Shown: positions 14,265-28,145, numbered from the whole stretch's first letter. The stretch: 63,631 bases of DNA, filler included, from Choristocarpus tenellus KU-1152 (GCA_964200185.2; 7 parts of 7 records of this genome joined end to end with filler, not necessarily neighbours in it); one strand, 5' to 3'. Notes: generated by a model not told the origin, from the sequence alone. Numbers and translations: made by a program.

Positions 14265-15180
14265 AGCAAAATCACTGTGTATGGTGTGACCTTCAGCAGC
14301 AGGACAGCGGTGACAACCGTAGCAGGTGACACACCTCAACTTCCCTGCACCCTGAGCCTCTAGATCACCACAAAACATACAAAAACCTTGACAGCTGAAC
14401 ACAAAGATGTCAGGGGATGAAGCCAGTGCAAGGCGACAAGCCAAGCACCAGCATCAAAACACGCATCTTCCATTTCCTACACTAAACATCACAAGTCAGC
14501 TCATGTCAACTCTCTCCCACCTCACCCTAAAGAAACCCCATCACCTTCTGACATCTGCAGCTATGCAAAGATGGTGGCAGCTAAAAGCACCCTATGCTTG
14601 CCACGAAGACTGTTCAGCCCCAAGTCACCCCATGTGCTCTGCAAGAAATTTACATGCCAATGAGATTGCAACATCCTAAACCACACCACCCAACAGATCC
14701 CCACAACACGAGGCACTCTTCCGCTATCCGTGTTAGTGACATTGTGGCAACCCCTCCTGTCACTATCTAATCATTGGTCTTGGATAAGGGTGGAGCAGAT
14801 GGCCTCACTCCTGACACACATACAGCAGGCCACCTTTTACCATCCACGAGGACAAACTCCATCTGACCACCCTAATCAGCAAATGTCTTCCTCAGCTGAT
14901 CAGGAGATGCCCAACATCCATGGGGCAGTGTAGTTTTGATTCATTTCCTGCCCTCTCCTGTTCCTTCCCAAAACTGATACACAAGTCTCAATTCACAGAT
15001 TTCACACAGTGCACAAACACTTGAATCAGTCAACTTCACCAGCCCATAGACAAGGCCCAAACATGTGGCACATGCCAACCAAAGGCAGAAAAAAACACCA
15101 AAAATGCTAAACCTAGTTCAACCAGGTTAAGGGGGCAACAGTGATGCCAAATGCAACCAATCTGTACGCAGCAAAGGGGG

Positions 15181-17942
15181 TTAGATGACAATTTGGGGCT
15201 TTGGGGGCATTTTGGGTAGCTTGTCAATCCCCACAGCCAAAAAGCGCTCTGCAACAAACTTCCTCTTCACTGCCACAAGATGCCGCCTTGAGGCTGTCAC
15301 GGGTTCGTCAAGAAGAAACTTGATAATCATGCGTGCACAGCTGTCCAGGCTCTCCCGTGGGATGTTGCAAAACTTGACCATGGTATCATCCTACACGAGT
15401 GTCAACAAGAGCAATAAAAAATAATTTAACTGAAAAATAGCATCAGAGGGATCAGTTCATAGTCAGAAAGGGCAAACCTACTGCAACACAAAAGAAAATA
15501 CTGTGAACGTCTGTCCTACACAAATGGAAATGGTGTAGGTAGCAAGCAAGGTGTTTCACAACCCCTTCAAACCTCACAACAAATCATATCAACATCCAAG
15601 TATAAATCAAAATCACACAGTTGCATAAATTTTTCGTAACCTATACAATAAATGCATCCCATGCAAGGACACCCCAAACTCACCCAAGCACTTGCCACAT
15701 CCATGTCTGGAATCCTAGAGAGGAAGACAGCCGCAGCTGCCAATAAGGATGGCCTGAATGAGAGACTATCGTGTTCTTGAAGACATCGTTCCAAGTAGTA
15801 CTGAGACCTGTTGTGCTGTCGGTCTGTTGCCCTGGCCACCTTATTAAATCGGATGAGAAATGTCCACGCCGTGGGGACACTTATCTCAAACTTCAGCCTT
15901 CGTAGAATCTTCTGTTCCATCTCAAGCACTTCCTCTCTTGAGTAAGCGTGGTCCGTAATGTAGACACAGTCTCGAACCTCTGTTGGATAAATCTCTTCAT
16001 ACTTACAGGCAACCAGAAGTGCTGTCACCCCAACCAGTTGAAGTTTGCTCCGGTGGACATTCTCCAGCATGCAGAAGCGGTCGATGATGTGGCAAGTCAG
16101 GTACAGTGTGGGATCAGCCAGCTTGAACTTCAGGTGTACCTCCACAATCCAGTCAATAAGGATTGCGCGCATTTTGCAATTGATATCTGTCTGAGTGTGC
16201 ATGTACACTGTTGGTGTATGCTTCTCCTGTCAAGGGATAGGGCCATAGTTTTAGCACAATCATAGGGAGGGGCTAGGGAAGGGGAAAGAAGCAGCAGACA
16301 AACCAAGGCATTGCAAGCTGCAAGATGCACAAACCCAGAAACTACACAAGCAGATAAGGGAGAACAGCAGGCTCCAAAACTGAGGAAGTGAACTCTTAAC
16401 AGGATCAGATGTCGCAGAAAACCGAAACTGAGCTGATAACCAAGAAAAAGACTGCGCCAAATTTTGAATTTCAATTGACATTTGGTAGGAGCCAATGTTA
16501 TGGTAAGGGTTGGGACCTCCTATCATACCCACAGCAGTGGAAATCTGAGCATCACTGTGCTGAACAAGTACATCTCAGCAGAGAGTCCGTTCACAATTGG
16601 CAATCCTATTATTGAGAGGGTGAAAATGGAAGGTTGAAAGTTTGATGTGGTGTTCAGAATGCTTGAGAGGACTGGGCATGGAAATGTGGATAAGTTTGTA
16701 TGAAACGTGTATGAGGCCACATGCAGGGGTTCCACTCCAGAATCATGCCACAATAAGTAAAGAACATACTCCATTCCGTATCAACCAACAAAAGTACCAA
16801 TCATATATTCACCATTGGATCCCAAGTCATACCAGCAGAAGCGACAGAATAGGTGTACAGTCCATAGTCCTGGCCACAGCGAACATCAAAACCAGATACA
16901 CCTGAAAACAAAATCTATAGATACTGCACTTTTATGCAAGGAGACCAACCGTTATTACCCCACCCAAGAAGTCCAAAGAAATATCCCAACCAAAACGCAG
17001 CAAGCTCCGCGATAAAGGCAAGGGAAGAATATCTCGAGTCAGAACTAAATAGACAACGCCTCTTTTCATTTTGCGTTGGAAATGAAATGTACTGAGGAGA
17101 TGCGACCTTCTCATGGCTGAAAAAAGTATTGCAACATTGCTTGAATTTGAGCTTACATTCCGCTGATATAACAAGCATAAGAATCAGGGCACACTATCTA
17201 ATTTGACTAGGTTCCTGTGCCTTTTCACCAAGTCTACGCCAGAATCTTTGAGAATATATCCTAGATTTGAATGCCTGCCTCTCCCTTCAAAAATGTCATC
17301 TGCTACTCTACACGATTCGGTTCAGATTACCTCCAGTTCCTTGAAGTGCTTGTACATATCTATCACATACTCCGCGCAGGCATCGGGGCTATCCCTGTCC
17401 TCGACATCGTGCTCGCTAAGCTGAGCCTGAGGCATCTTGCATCGGCTGTGTCGCTCCAATGTTTCTCGAGTCAGCTTGCGACTGGTCTCTTGGTTGACCT
17501 TTTTTCGTAACGCGCATTCTTCCTCCTTGCTTGTTTCAGTGGGAGCTTCATGAGGACCGCTAGGAGCACCACCGTTAGAGTGAGCACAACTTGCATCCTC
17601 GTACACACTGAATCCTGGCGCTTTTCGCCTCCTCTGGTTGGGGCAGGTCAGAGTAGTCGTAAGAGTGGGGGAAAGGAAGAGTAAGAGTATGGAATACGAT
17701 TAACAGTCTTCCATGTTGCCATCAGCCTTAGAAAGAGACCCCATGCGCACATTGTATTAGTGGGTGCATATGTAACTTACTCCTTTATTCCCTACAGGTC
17801 CGCCCGCTTCATGACGTGCGGCGTTGCTAATATCCCCAAGCGCGCTTCGTTTCCGTAGCTGCATCCTGTGCATCCCCCCTTGACCATTCATGCATTCCCC
17901 AACTCCAGCCTCTGAGGCTGAACGCTTGGCAGACTTCGTCAT
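15181..17942 (-). CDS. CYCB: B-type (mitotic) cyclin, 4 exons, about 405 aa
   Basis: Exons 17942-17781, 17633-17331, 16226-15684 and 15390-15181, all phase-0 GT-AG introns, join in frame. N-terminal destruction box RSALGDISN. Cyclin box MRAILIDW...LQLVGVTALLVACKYEEIYP...EVLEMEQKILRRLKF. C-terminal AVKRKF. Confidence 0.95.
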
Positions 17943-18179
17943 TAGTCTGCCGCTCGGTCTCACGATTGCACTCTTACAAACGTGAGAGGATGAAATTTAT
18001 CCGGCTCAAAGATTCCTGACACAGGCCTCCGTAGTAGGATTGCACATCTAAAGCTCAACAGTGATGAGCTGAGTGCGGCCAAAATACAACCTGTAGGTGG
18101 GCAAGTACTGGAGAGAACCCTTGCGTGAGAATGACCTGCCCCATCCCCTCCCCCCAAACAAAAGTCAAACATATAGCCG

Positions 18180-18246
18180 CCAACGGCAACTCAGTTGCTT
18201 TAAAGAAGAGGATTAGCCGTTAACGGCATATCGAAGTTGATTCAAA
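18180..18246. promoter_or_regulatory. Putative bidirectional cell-cycle promoter module (MSA/MYB and CHR-like elements)
   Basis: AACGG at 18182-18186; palindrome GCCGTTAACGGC at 18216-18227 (AACGG on both strands); CAGTTG MYB-type core at 18192-18197; TTTAAA at 18199-18204; TTCAAA (TTTGAA on minus) at 18241-18246. All lie between the divergent cyclin B and PSF2 ATGs. Confidence 0.6.
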
Positions 18247-18345
18247 TTTCCTCCAAACTGAAAACTGTGTCGTGTGGAGTCCCTGCTGTTTGCGAGTCGA
18301 TGAGCTAGCTTTTTGCTTGTTAATGTGCCAATCGAAGGGAAGGCT

Positions 18346-20311
18346 ATGATCGGTCAATCTTCTGCACTATGCAAGCTCCGAGCTCCAGAACTTGAGTTCA
18401 TTGCGGAGGATCAGCTTATTGAGATAGTACCAAAGTTTAGACACGGCACGCTGCATCTAATCCAGGGCGACTTTGGCCCTTTCGTGCCACAGACACGGGC
18501 AAAGGTGCCACTATGGCTTGCTGTCTCGTTGAAAAAGAGACAAAAGTGAGTGCTCTGAAAATCACAAGTTGTTATATGATTGACAATCTTCCTGAAAATG
18601 ATTAAGTGTAGCCTCTCTCGTATGGGCTCCTTTCATCAATAACCAACTGAACCTTCTCCAGGTGCAAAATTGCCTGCCCGGGATGGATGACAGTGTCAGC
18701 GCTGGAAAAGGTTTTGAGGGAAGAACGAGATAACGACAAGAGTTTCACGCCGCTCCCTCACCATTACCTCGAGATCGCTAGCCTCCTACTGAACTCCGCA
18801 TCTGACGATATAGGTATTGAAGGACCGATGTAGGTAGCTTCAGTCCTCTTCCAAGTTGCCTGACCACCCGAATAAATCATCTTATTTAAATTATACCTTG
18901 TTACAAAATAAATTTATGTTTCATTGACAAGTGGATTGTCTAGAGTTGACTGATCAATACCTCGCCTCCAAGAGTAGAAGAGGATCGTTGATATTGTCAC
19001 TGCGTTTCCCCACAGCACAGGTCTGTTATTGATTTCATGAGTCGAAATTTGGACTCAAAGCCAGCAAGCACCAGCAGTATTAATTTCATTATCAATATGA
19101 GTAGCGGCTCTCGACCTCCCGACCTTGTCATCCCCGGGACCTCGTTTTCTTTCAGTGGAAGCAGATCGCGTGCGAACACTCCTGGAGGATGTGGAGAACG
19201 TAAGAAAAGCGAAGATGTACGAAGGCATGGGAGCAGCAGCACAGCAGGTCAACCAGGCCGTGCAGGTAAGCCTTCTTCTCGAGTAGGAGCAAGGTTATGT
19301 TTCTTCTTCGACCTGACCCTCAGTTGGAGGTGGAAGGATTGAAGGCTGATGTGTGCTTTAACAACATAATCTTGCATAGAAACAGGGTGCTGGAAATCTG
19401 CTCTAGGCCTTCACAGTGCACTTGGAAGTATCCTGTTTCACGTTCCCCCTAAATATTTTGGAGGATGGACTTAATTTGTTCTACTAAGCTGTAATTTCTA
19501 GTGGCATTTCCAATGCCCCCTCCCTCCAAAGACCCTTTCCCCAAAAGCTTTTGTCACGCTTTTAAAAAATATTCTTGATGTGAAAGAGGTACCAGGCATC
19601 AGGATTAATGGTACCTATTGATAACAGTAACGTGGCCTGCATGTTTGTCAAGTTTGGCCAGTCATGTGACCTCTGCACTGTCAGGTATTGGTTAGGATTG
19701 TACACCATGTAGTTTCACATGCACATGGAACTTTTTTGAAGATGGTGAATCAAGGTGTTGCTTGGACACCCACATGGTACATACCGCCCACTGGGCCTTG
19801 TTGTATTAATATCTGTTCATCTGTTCCTGCTTACGTATAAGCCACAACTGCAACACACCCTCCCTCGCTACCTCTACCAAACCCAATGTACATATACCTT
19901 ACACCTTTCAATTTGGATGCAAACCATTCCTCCCCAAATCGCAACAACTTAAGTGATGTTGGCATGCTGACAAGTGCCTTATAACCTCATCTCAACGAAA
20001 AACTGTTTTTCTCCCTTCCCCCCACCCTGACCATCCTCACCGTGTTGTACCAGGTGAATGACCTTGGAGCAATGGAGCTGCTAACTGTTAGGAACTGCTT
20101 TGCTGAAGCACTTGGCAACCTTTATGTTGTCAGTGGTATGAAGGCGTCCGATGAGCGGGCTAGAGAGCTAGGAGAAGGCTCAGTGGGCAATGATTATGGA
20201 GCAGATGCAGGGATTGGGGTGGGGGTAGGGGTGTCAGACTTAGGGGAGGGTGCAGATGGAGGAACATCACGCCTGGGAGGATCGAGAAGGGTTCGACGAT
20301 TCCGTAACTGA
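18346..20311 (+). CDS. PSF2: GINS complex subunit 2 (Psf2), 4 exons, about 239 aa
   Basis: Exons 18346-18545, 18662-18813, 19156-19265 and 20054-20311 with GT-AG introns, in frame. Hallmark motifs ELEFIAEDQLIEIVPKF, GDFGPFVP...VPLWLAVSLKKRQKCKI.CP.WM, LPHHYLEIASLLL, RVRTLLEDVENVRKAK, VNDLGAMEL. Confidence 0.96.
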
Positions 20312-20359
20312 CAGGCCCGGCTCTTCTGTGTTTTTTTGTTGGTTGTACCCTACAGGATT

Positions 20360-20363
<4 letters not shown>

Positions 20364-20402
<39 letters not shown>

Positions 20403-20404
20403 TC
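20364..20404. repeat. (CT)n microsatellite downstream of PSF2
   Basis: Direct reading. Confidence 0.95.
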
Positions 20405-21295
20405 TTGTTGGTTGGGTGGTGCAATGAATGGGTTGTGGGGAAGGGTTTCAGCATCCATTGCCCTTGTATTCCACTCCACTCCACTCTACACAAGAACGAT
20501 TTTTAGAAGAGCTTTCACCGAAGGTTGTTTGAATTATTAACAGAGATAAGAACATTTATTTCGCCTAGGTGTTGATGATACATCGTGTTAGAAACAAGGA
20601 GAAGAGAGTAGTAGATCAACGCACACCGCCTCCTCATGGTATAGAAGCAACACCTCGTGGAGGGTCTTCCCCTGCTGTATTTTGAAATGTGTATGACGTG
20701 TCGTGGAGTATGTGAGTTACAAGTATTGGTTCACAACACCTGCTGGATTGGGAGTTAGATATTGATGCATTTCTTCCAGAGCGATATTGGAAATCATTCG
20801 GGGAAGGGCTTTATCCTTGACCTTCGATCCTCGTTGAGCACGAAACGTCGATCCAGGTGTATCTTATTTTGTCAGGGATGCGTGCACGCACACACGTGTG
20901 TGTTTATAAAAGAGGGGAGGCGGTTGATGTTCTCCAAATGAAGGCAGTCGGGTGCTCTTCCCTATAGGACAGAGGAGAGGCACATCGCTCTCTCACTGTC
21001 ACACTGTTCTTCACAGCACCATGGGTGCGACTGTGAGTGCGTGGCTGTGTAAGGGGCTGTGCTATATGTGTACCCCCTCCACTCTACCGGCACAGAAAAG
21101 GAGAGCCACATCTGAATATCTCATTGGCATTTTATCTCTTTTTTATGCATCCCTGGTGGATGTACTACTGTAATTATTTCATCGACTTAAGTTTCATTTG
21201 CCATGCAGTGTCCATGCATCCAATTTGATTAAGAAAACCGCTGTGCACCCCCTGTTTCAAAGTAAGAACATGCGCCTTGCGGCATAAAAGTGTCA

Positions 21296-21297
21296 TG

Positions 21298-21328
<31 letters not shown>
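21296..21328. repeat. (TG)n microsatellite
   Basis: Direct reading. Confidence 0.9.
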
Positions 21329-23194
21329 ACATCCTGAGGGTTCAACAGTCTCCATGTATCCATCATCTTGTATTATCTTGCAAAAACAAGCTCCATACTC
21401 TTACCTGGGCTCCTTCCTGGTGCTATCCTGAACCCTTCGCCCATGCCTTGAACAAAGTGAATAGGGTAGCCCAGCCAGGGTCTGCTTAGCCTGCCTGCGC
21501 TTGGCTGTAGGTACCATCCCCAAGGTGGGGTGCACCCACACTGGCTCTATTTTAAGGTTGGGCGATAATGTTCGCATGAGGAGATGCTTTGACATGCTGT
21601 ACACACCGAATGTTGCCATTAGTACACACGAAGAAAGTGGTTATATACGTACCAAGAGAATGTGTGCTGTACGGTAGATCCGTGATGGATCGGGACGTTG
21701 GAATATGGCGATGTTGAAGAAACGTTTTAGGAAGTGTTAAGCTTACTTACCCTCAGTCAAATATTAGACTGCTTGCTCTCGTAGATTCGACCTCTGTCCT
21801 CCTCTCTCAACTCTTTCATTTTTTTCTTTTTCTGTTGATCTTTTTTTTTTATCACGTACATAATTTAATCCTTGGCTACACACACCCCTCCTTTTGTATT
21901 TGTGTGCTACCTCAGTAGATCAGACCCTGTTGAATCTTGATGAAATGATGACTGCATTTAGGTCTAACTGTGATCACCCACAGTGAAGATACGGTACACA
22001 AGTGATCGCAAGCGAGCAAAGGAAAAGTTCAGCAACAGAATCAATGTGCTCCACACTCAATTTACTATATTATGAATATTTCTCATCATAGTCACCTCCT
22101 ATCAGCCTATCACCCCAACTTCATCTCTGGAACCCAACCTGAGCCCTCTGCCACACCCATCGCTCCCTGGCATTCTCCATCACAAATAGCAGCTGCTCGC
22201 AATATGATGCCTTGAGGACTCGATTCCTGCTCCAGTTGGTGTGCCACAGACATGGTGTCACCTGGGACTCTGGTGCTACACAGGACGGGCATTCATTCTT
22301 ATCAAAACAATAGAAGTAGTACTTGTACTTGGAAACGACAATTTTTTAGGAAGGCATTGATTGGTCTCTGCTAGGAACCATGTGCCCAATCAAGGGAGAA
22401 ATCTTCGTTGAAGGAAGAGGGCAATGTAATGATTATTCAACCCCTCCAAAGCTCTACACCACCGCAAAATCCATTAACTTCCTGTGCGTAACAAGATGAA
22501 CAAGTTATTGTACTGAAAGTAATGATTAGGATACTGCAGTAGAAATAACAAGATGGGGGATAGGGGAGGTAGTAGGGTGAATTGATCTCATTGCCCAAAT
22601 TGTAAAAGACGGGTAAATCTATTGGTGGGATACGGAAAGAAAACGTGTGTGTCGGCTAACTGATGTGCGGTTGAAGATAGTTCTTTACCGTACAGAAGAG
22701 CACCACAAGTGACAAGAGACTGAGCTGACAACTTTTTCAGTGGTACTATATGACGTAGGCTGATGAATTCTCTCGGGACAAAGCTTCTGTCCGCGTTGAA
22801 CAAATTGTTCGAAGTAAGACTCGAATATATCATTCTAACCAGATAAAACGTAAGTGTGTTAACTTGCTTGAATAACAGAAAACCATTAGAGAATGAAGGT
22901 GAGTATTTCCCACGCCTCCTCCCCTCAATCTTTTCAGAGGATGGACTCTCCAATTGCGCAGAGGGTAAGTCCGGCACTTGGTCTTAGGATTTTGCTGTGG
23001 TTGAGAACATCGGAGGGTCAGGGTAGGGACTGGTTCTAACATGCCACTTTCTTCACCAAGAAGGTCAATGAGGGGGTGTAATCCTCTTATGTCCTCAAGC
23101 CGAGCAGGTTGGATCATAACATAATCAGGGGCGAATAAATAGCAGTATTCTCCCCTCTGTCTAATGGACTTGAGGTAGGTGCTGAGTGTGTTTT

Positions 23195-23317
23195 GGCTCC
23201 AGTAGAATTGCACTTACATTATCCATCCCAGGAATGCAACCAAATCACCCAAAAATTGCGACATGGAAGAATGGGACCCGAATGGACAGCCGCCACCCCC
23301 CCCAGATACTTTGAGCC
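23195..23317 (-). mobile_element. MITE family A, internally deleted copy
   Basis: ...CAAATCACCCAAAAATTGCGACATGG...AATGGACAGCCGCCACCCCCCCCAGATACTTTGAGCC is the reverse complement of the family left portion. Confidence 0.8.
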
Positions 23318-23627
23318 TTTGTGGATCTCAATGATTGCTCAAATGTATGCCTTTGTGTTTTGGGTGCACGGCAATGGGCTGACTGTCACCACGTATACTG
23401 AAATGTAGACGGTATTTTGATTAATCCTTACTTTTTGCAACCCTCTGCAACCCCTTTAGATATTGGTGTCATCAATTCTTTTCCAATTGATTACTAAGCA
23501 AGAATCAGCTCGTGGACATGTCGCAAATTCACACACAGGTTCCCTACCTGCAACTTGGTGCATTGTTTTGGGTTTATGCTTCCACATCCATGTGAGAGGC
23601 AGCTCATCAAGTGGTGAGTGTATTGAA

Positions 23628-23805
23628 AGCTCGAAGTATCTGGGAGGGGGTGGCGGCTGTCCATTTGAGGCCCATTTTTCCATGTCGCTATTTTTTGGTG
23701 ATTTAGTTGCATGCGTCAGATGGATAATAAAAGATCACTTCTCCTGGTTAAGGCCTGAATGGACACCCTGGTGTAGACCCCCGCCCCCCCCAGATACTCT
23801 GAGCC
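23628..23805 (+). mobile_element. MITE family A copy (178 bp)
   Basis: TIRs AGCTCGAAGTATCTGGG/CCCAGATACTCTGAGCC; TSD TGAA on both sides. Confidence 0.92.
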
Positions 23806-26604
23806 TGAACCCCAATTGCAATCCCACTATCAAGAACACTCTTTTTCAGTATCTTACAATAGTAGCATTGCAATAAGCTCATTCACTTCTCCTCACTGAT
23901 ACTGCCCCAAGCAGATTATGGCGTTTCTTTCACCCACTTTTGTCCCATATACAGGGGAAATAATGGGACTCAAACACTCCTGGTTCCTACTGATCGACTA
24001 GTATGATACAGCTAATTGTAACTAACTAAGCAAAACGTATGTACGAACTCCTCCAGGACCTCCACAGGATCCCAAGAACCTACCTGCTATAAATACCCAC
24101 TTACATGCCCACTAACACTCTTTTGTTATCCCTAACTACTCATGTCGTGCATGAACCTAGTGTCACAAACCTATCTGTGTTCCTTTTCCACCGCACAGAA
24201 TGAACCGTAGATGCCATCATGATGATTGAATATACTAACATACTATACACATGAAACAGTTGATCGGATTACGAAGGAGTAATTATTTGCGGAGTATTGA
24301 ATAATTTCTTACTCTAAAATATATTTCATATATTCTCCCTAAACAATCCTTCGTGGACTCCACGTTTGCTTTCTAATTTGCATCCACTCAAAATTGAACA
24401 CAACGAGTTATAATTTAGAGAAAAAAATGCTTGCGCTAGAGTATTGCTACTACTGCCGTGTTTCTTCTGTATTTCGCACAACAATGAATGAACCGATGTT
24501 GTGTGTCAGTATCATTGTGTACTTCCAAAGTGTGTTGTTCTATGCCCCCTGGCATTTTTGCGGAAGGTGTTGTGATGTGGGGGAAAGGAAGGAACAAACA
24601 GATAACATAACGAACAACCACAAAACAAAAGAGTCTGTATCGCTTCCTATTATGGTGTAGGTTTTGTTTGTCTTTTAGTCCTCATTATTGAGTATTATCT
24701 AGCACTCTGCAAAAAGAGTTTTTCTATTGAACATCATCATCGTCATGGGCAAGTGTTACAAGGGTGGGCTATTACTTGTTGTAATAATAGAAGTTTAATT
24801 GTCAGTCAAGGAGATCCCCTCTTGTCCGCTTCTACACACCGTTTGAAACACCTAAATCATAGGGGGTGACTGGTACATTTACGTAGCGTGTCTACGATCC
24901 CGCTAATCATGAACTAGGAAACAAACCCACTCTGCGTACCCACCAAGTACGAAACTATATATTAAAATACGTTTTCAGTCAGGTTCCTTCGAGCCCTTGG
25001 TAATTATTATTATTTCGTATTCGTTCGAAATACCTTGCTTCCTTTAAAACCGACTACTACTATGAAGTCATACAAAATGCGAACTGCATCAGAAACTGCA
25101 TCAGAATCTGCTTCAGGAATGTGTAGTATATATATTGCCTAATGACATCATGTAGGGAGACAATAGATAGATGTTGCCGTGTAGCCTTTGTACTACTTAC
25201 TGTACTTCACTCAGTCCAAGCCAGCCCATCTCTTCCAGTCCAATGTTGTGAACCAAAAACTATGAAGAATAATCAAAATGAGTTATTCGGATGTTATCAC
25301 TGATGATATGGGTATCCTCCAGTGTACACAATACTATATACGACGTATACGTCGAAGTATGGCACACTACCAACTTGGTTGCATCCAGCCAGTCCCACTA
25401 TCATGTCAAGTTTTGTAGTGATGAGAGGCATGTAGCCCATCGATTCCTACATATATAAATCCCGCCCATGGAGTGAGTGCAAGGGTCACGTAGCAGGCGA
25501 TTTCACTCCGTCAGAAATGATGGTGGTCCAACGGCGCTATTGAACGACATTTCAATTTCCCAATTTCCCATCCTCATGAATACCAAACATTGAGGACTTG
25601 ACAGAGAGGAAAAGTTAAAGCTGCTTTATAACTGAACGATACTCTTCGAATCACAAAACCAAGGCTTATGGCAGAAGATGTTGGAGGTAGGAAAATGGGG
25701 GTTACTCGAGTGGGTGTGACATAAGGTAGAAGAAAACACGAGATACTAAGCATTAGAAAAATTGTAAGTGTCAAGATATCTTCAAGCCATGTCCTCACTG
25801 AGGACGGAAGGACAGAGAGAAGTCAATCTCGCGCAAACAATGCAGGCATAGCACATTACCTTTTGTGCTTCGTAGCAACCGCTCTGCATGGATTGATGGA
25901 AATTGCAAGAAATATTACGTAGGTGTAGAATTGTAACATGATATCAAGGTGAGTTGTCATTCTTTCAGGGGCTGCATGCATTGTACCGCCTGTGTCAGTA
26001 TGTTACCTCAAGGCAGGCTTGTGTGGTAATGTGAGAAACGATGGAAGAACAAATGCATAATTCAACACAGTGGTATCTGTTTTTAACCAAAACACTTAAC
26101 CACCCGTGACTTTGTCATCATCCCCCTTCAACACTGATCACCTCGCAGAGGGCACTGCACCAATGGACACTGCACTCAGCAAGCCCTTTCCTATAAAGAA
26201 ACCCACGAAGTACCCTCCACAACACCTCCTACTGTGCTGCTTTGTCACAAGAGTTCATCGTTTTCTGGACCAAGGCCATCCACGACGAGCAGTATATCTG
26301 TCTGGGTTCTATTGATAGATTTGATTTGCAAGGATGTCATCGATTGAGGTGGCTGGGATTTTCTGCGTGAAGGGAGCCAGAGAGTATTCGGATTGAGTGT
26401 GTGCATTCCATATGAAAAAATATCTATTGCCTGTGTCAACATGTCCATCTCCTTTTCTAAACTGATCCTCTACGTTTGAAGTTGATCCTATTTCTGGACT
26501 GTCAAATACCCGCATGAGGCTAATGTCTAACGACACTTGCTTGATCATGTGGCCATGAGATGCACAATGACTACAATTATCCACCTTTGGTCAGATAAGT
26601 TTAT

Positions 26605-26863
26605 GAGTGAAAGTATCTTAGAGGGTACGAGTTTTGCCCTGTTTGTCCATTTGGGGCTTGCCTACCCTCGGATGTTTTTATGACATTTTCCTACTCCAAA
26701 ATATTTCGGAGTAGGTAAAATGTATACGTTATGAAAAAGTGTGTCTGCAACAAGGATATTGACACTCCCTAACAAACACGATAGCCAAAATTACATCAAA
26801 ATCGCAACAGTTGATTTTGGCCCCCAAATGGACGCGGCTCTACCCTCTAAGATACTTTGGCTC
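26605..26863. mobile_element. MITE family B copy (259 bp), GAG...CTC termini
   Basis: TIRs GAGTGAAAGTATCTTAGAGGGTA/TACCCTCTAAGATACTTTGGCTC, flanked by TTTAT on both sides. Inverted homolog at 32485-32741. Confidence 0.9.
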
Positions 26864-27449
26864 TTTATGTCATTACTGCGAGGTAGTGGGGTCTCAAGCA
26901 GAAGGTTTAAAAAGATCTAAATACTAGAATAGGACTGAATGGACCCTCCCTCTAAGATAGGATGACTCAGCACTATTGAACCTAATTGTTGCACTACAAC
27001 TAACTCAGTACTGCCTCCAGTCGTGCCTTGCTTCTCATTACTGGATTCGGTCACCCCCTCTCTGTAGATCCGTCTCCTCCCTTGAATATCGTACTAGACC
27101 CGCCTCGACTTTCTTCGGCAATTGAGCCTTCCCACCTCGTTCTTAGTCGGGCGATTTGTGGTAAAGGGAACAGAAAGGATAAAATATAATGTTAGTGTTA
27201 CAGTGTAGTATTAAGGCATCCAATCTGTACAAAAATTATTGCCACATGCAGTGCGAATAATTAAAAGTAGATTTCTCTTCAATAAAAACAACTCGTTCTT
27301 GCCCTGGAGTTTTGTAGTATAGGGAGAGAAATAATATTCAGTGGCACTATTATTTTGTACGATAAAAGTATGGAATCTGTGGAACAATGCTTGGTGGTAC
27401 AACTTGAATCATTAAAACGAGGCTTGTCTGAGGTCTAATTGGATGTTGA

Positions 27450-27522
27450 GCCCTCGTGGCCCAATGGATAAGGCGTACGCCTACGAAGCGTAAGATTGCG
27501 GGTTCGATCCCCGCCGAGGGTT
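27450..27522 (+). tRNA. tRNA-Arg(ACG): tRNA-Arg (anticodon ACG)
   Basis: 73-nt cloverleaf: acceptor GCCCTCG/CGAGGGT, D arm GCCC-AATGGATA-AGGC, anticodon stem TACGC/GCGTA with loop CTACGAA (ACG at 27483-27485), T arm GCGGG-TTCGATC-CCCGC. Confidence 0.95.
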
Positions 27523-28145
27523 GTCTTTGTTAAGATTAATTTTTGCAGTTCAGTTCTCTATTAATAGATGTTCGATGTGTTTCCTCCCAAAATGTTGTGG
27601 GTTTGAACCCCATACACACCATTCAATTTTAGAAATGGAGATCGGGTTTCCATTATATAACACGTAAACACGTAATAAGCAGTGATAGTGGAAGCTTTCC
27701 CATCTAAATAATAATAGCAGTCATGATATGTTGATATCTGGGGAGCCTTCAGATGGAAAACAGAATCAAGGTGGACGGACAGGAGAAGAACTGCTAGATG
27801 GATGTGCCTGTAAGATGACCTTGACAAGTTTGGGATCACATCTGAGAGATAGAGCACAACAAGATCAACCGACTGGCACCGAGAGGTGTTAAGTGTGTGT
27901 AGTCGGTGGTACCTCGAGCTTCATTGTCTAAGGACACTGTGGCAGGTGATGTAGAGTCAAACCAATTGGGAGGCAGGGTTAGGGTTGCATCTAAAGGAGG
28001 CAATTTGTTGCAATTGCAGAACGAGCCTTTTTTGCTTAATTGTGGTGTCCATTTGTGTTTGGAAAGGGTGAATATCAATTTTGAGTACATTATTGTGCTC
28101 TATGTATTGTGCACCCAAAGCGATAAAATAGAGTGTATTGCACTG

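Noticed and set aside
18997-19342. ORF-track ORFs overlapping PSF2 exon 3
   Set aside because: They are alternative or antisense frames of the real exon 19156-19265.
25574-25798. VTPTRV peptide suggesting a eukaryotic RNA-dependent RNA polymerase
   Set aside because: The following SNR..R and F.RV.F.DE motifs are absent; likely chance.
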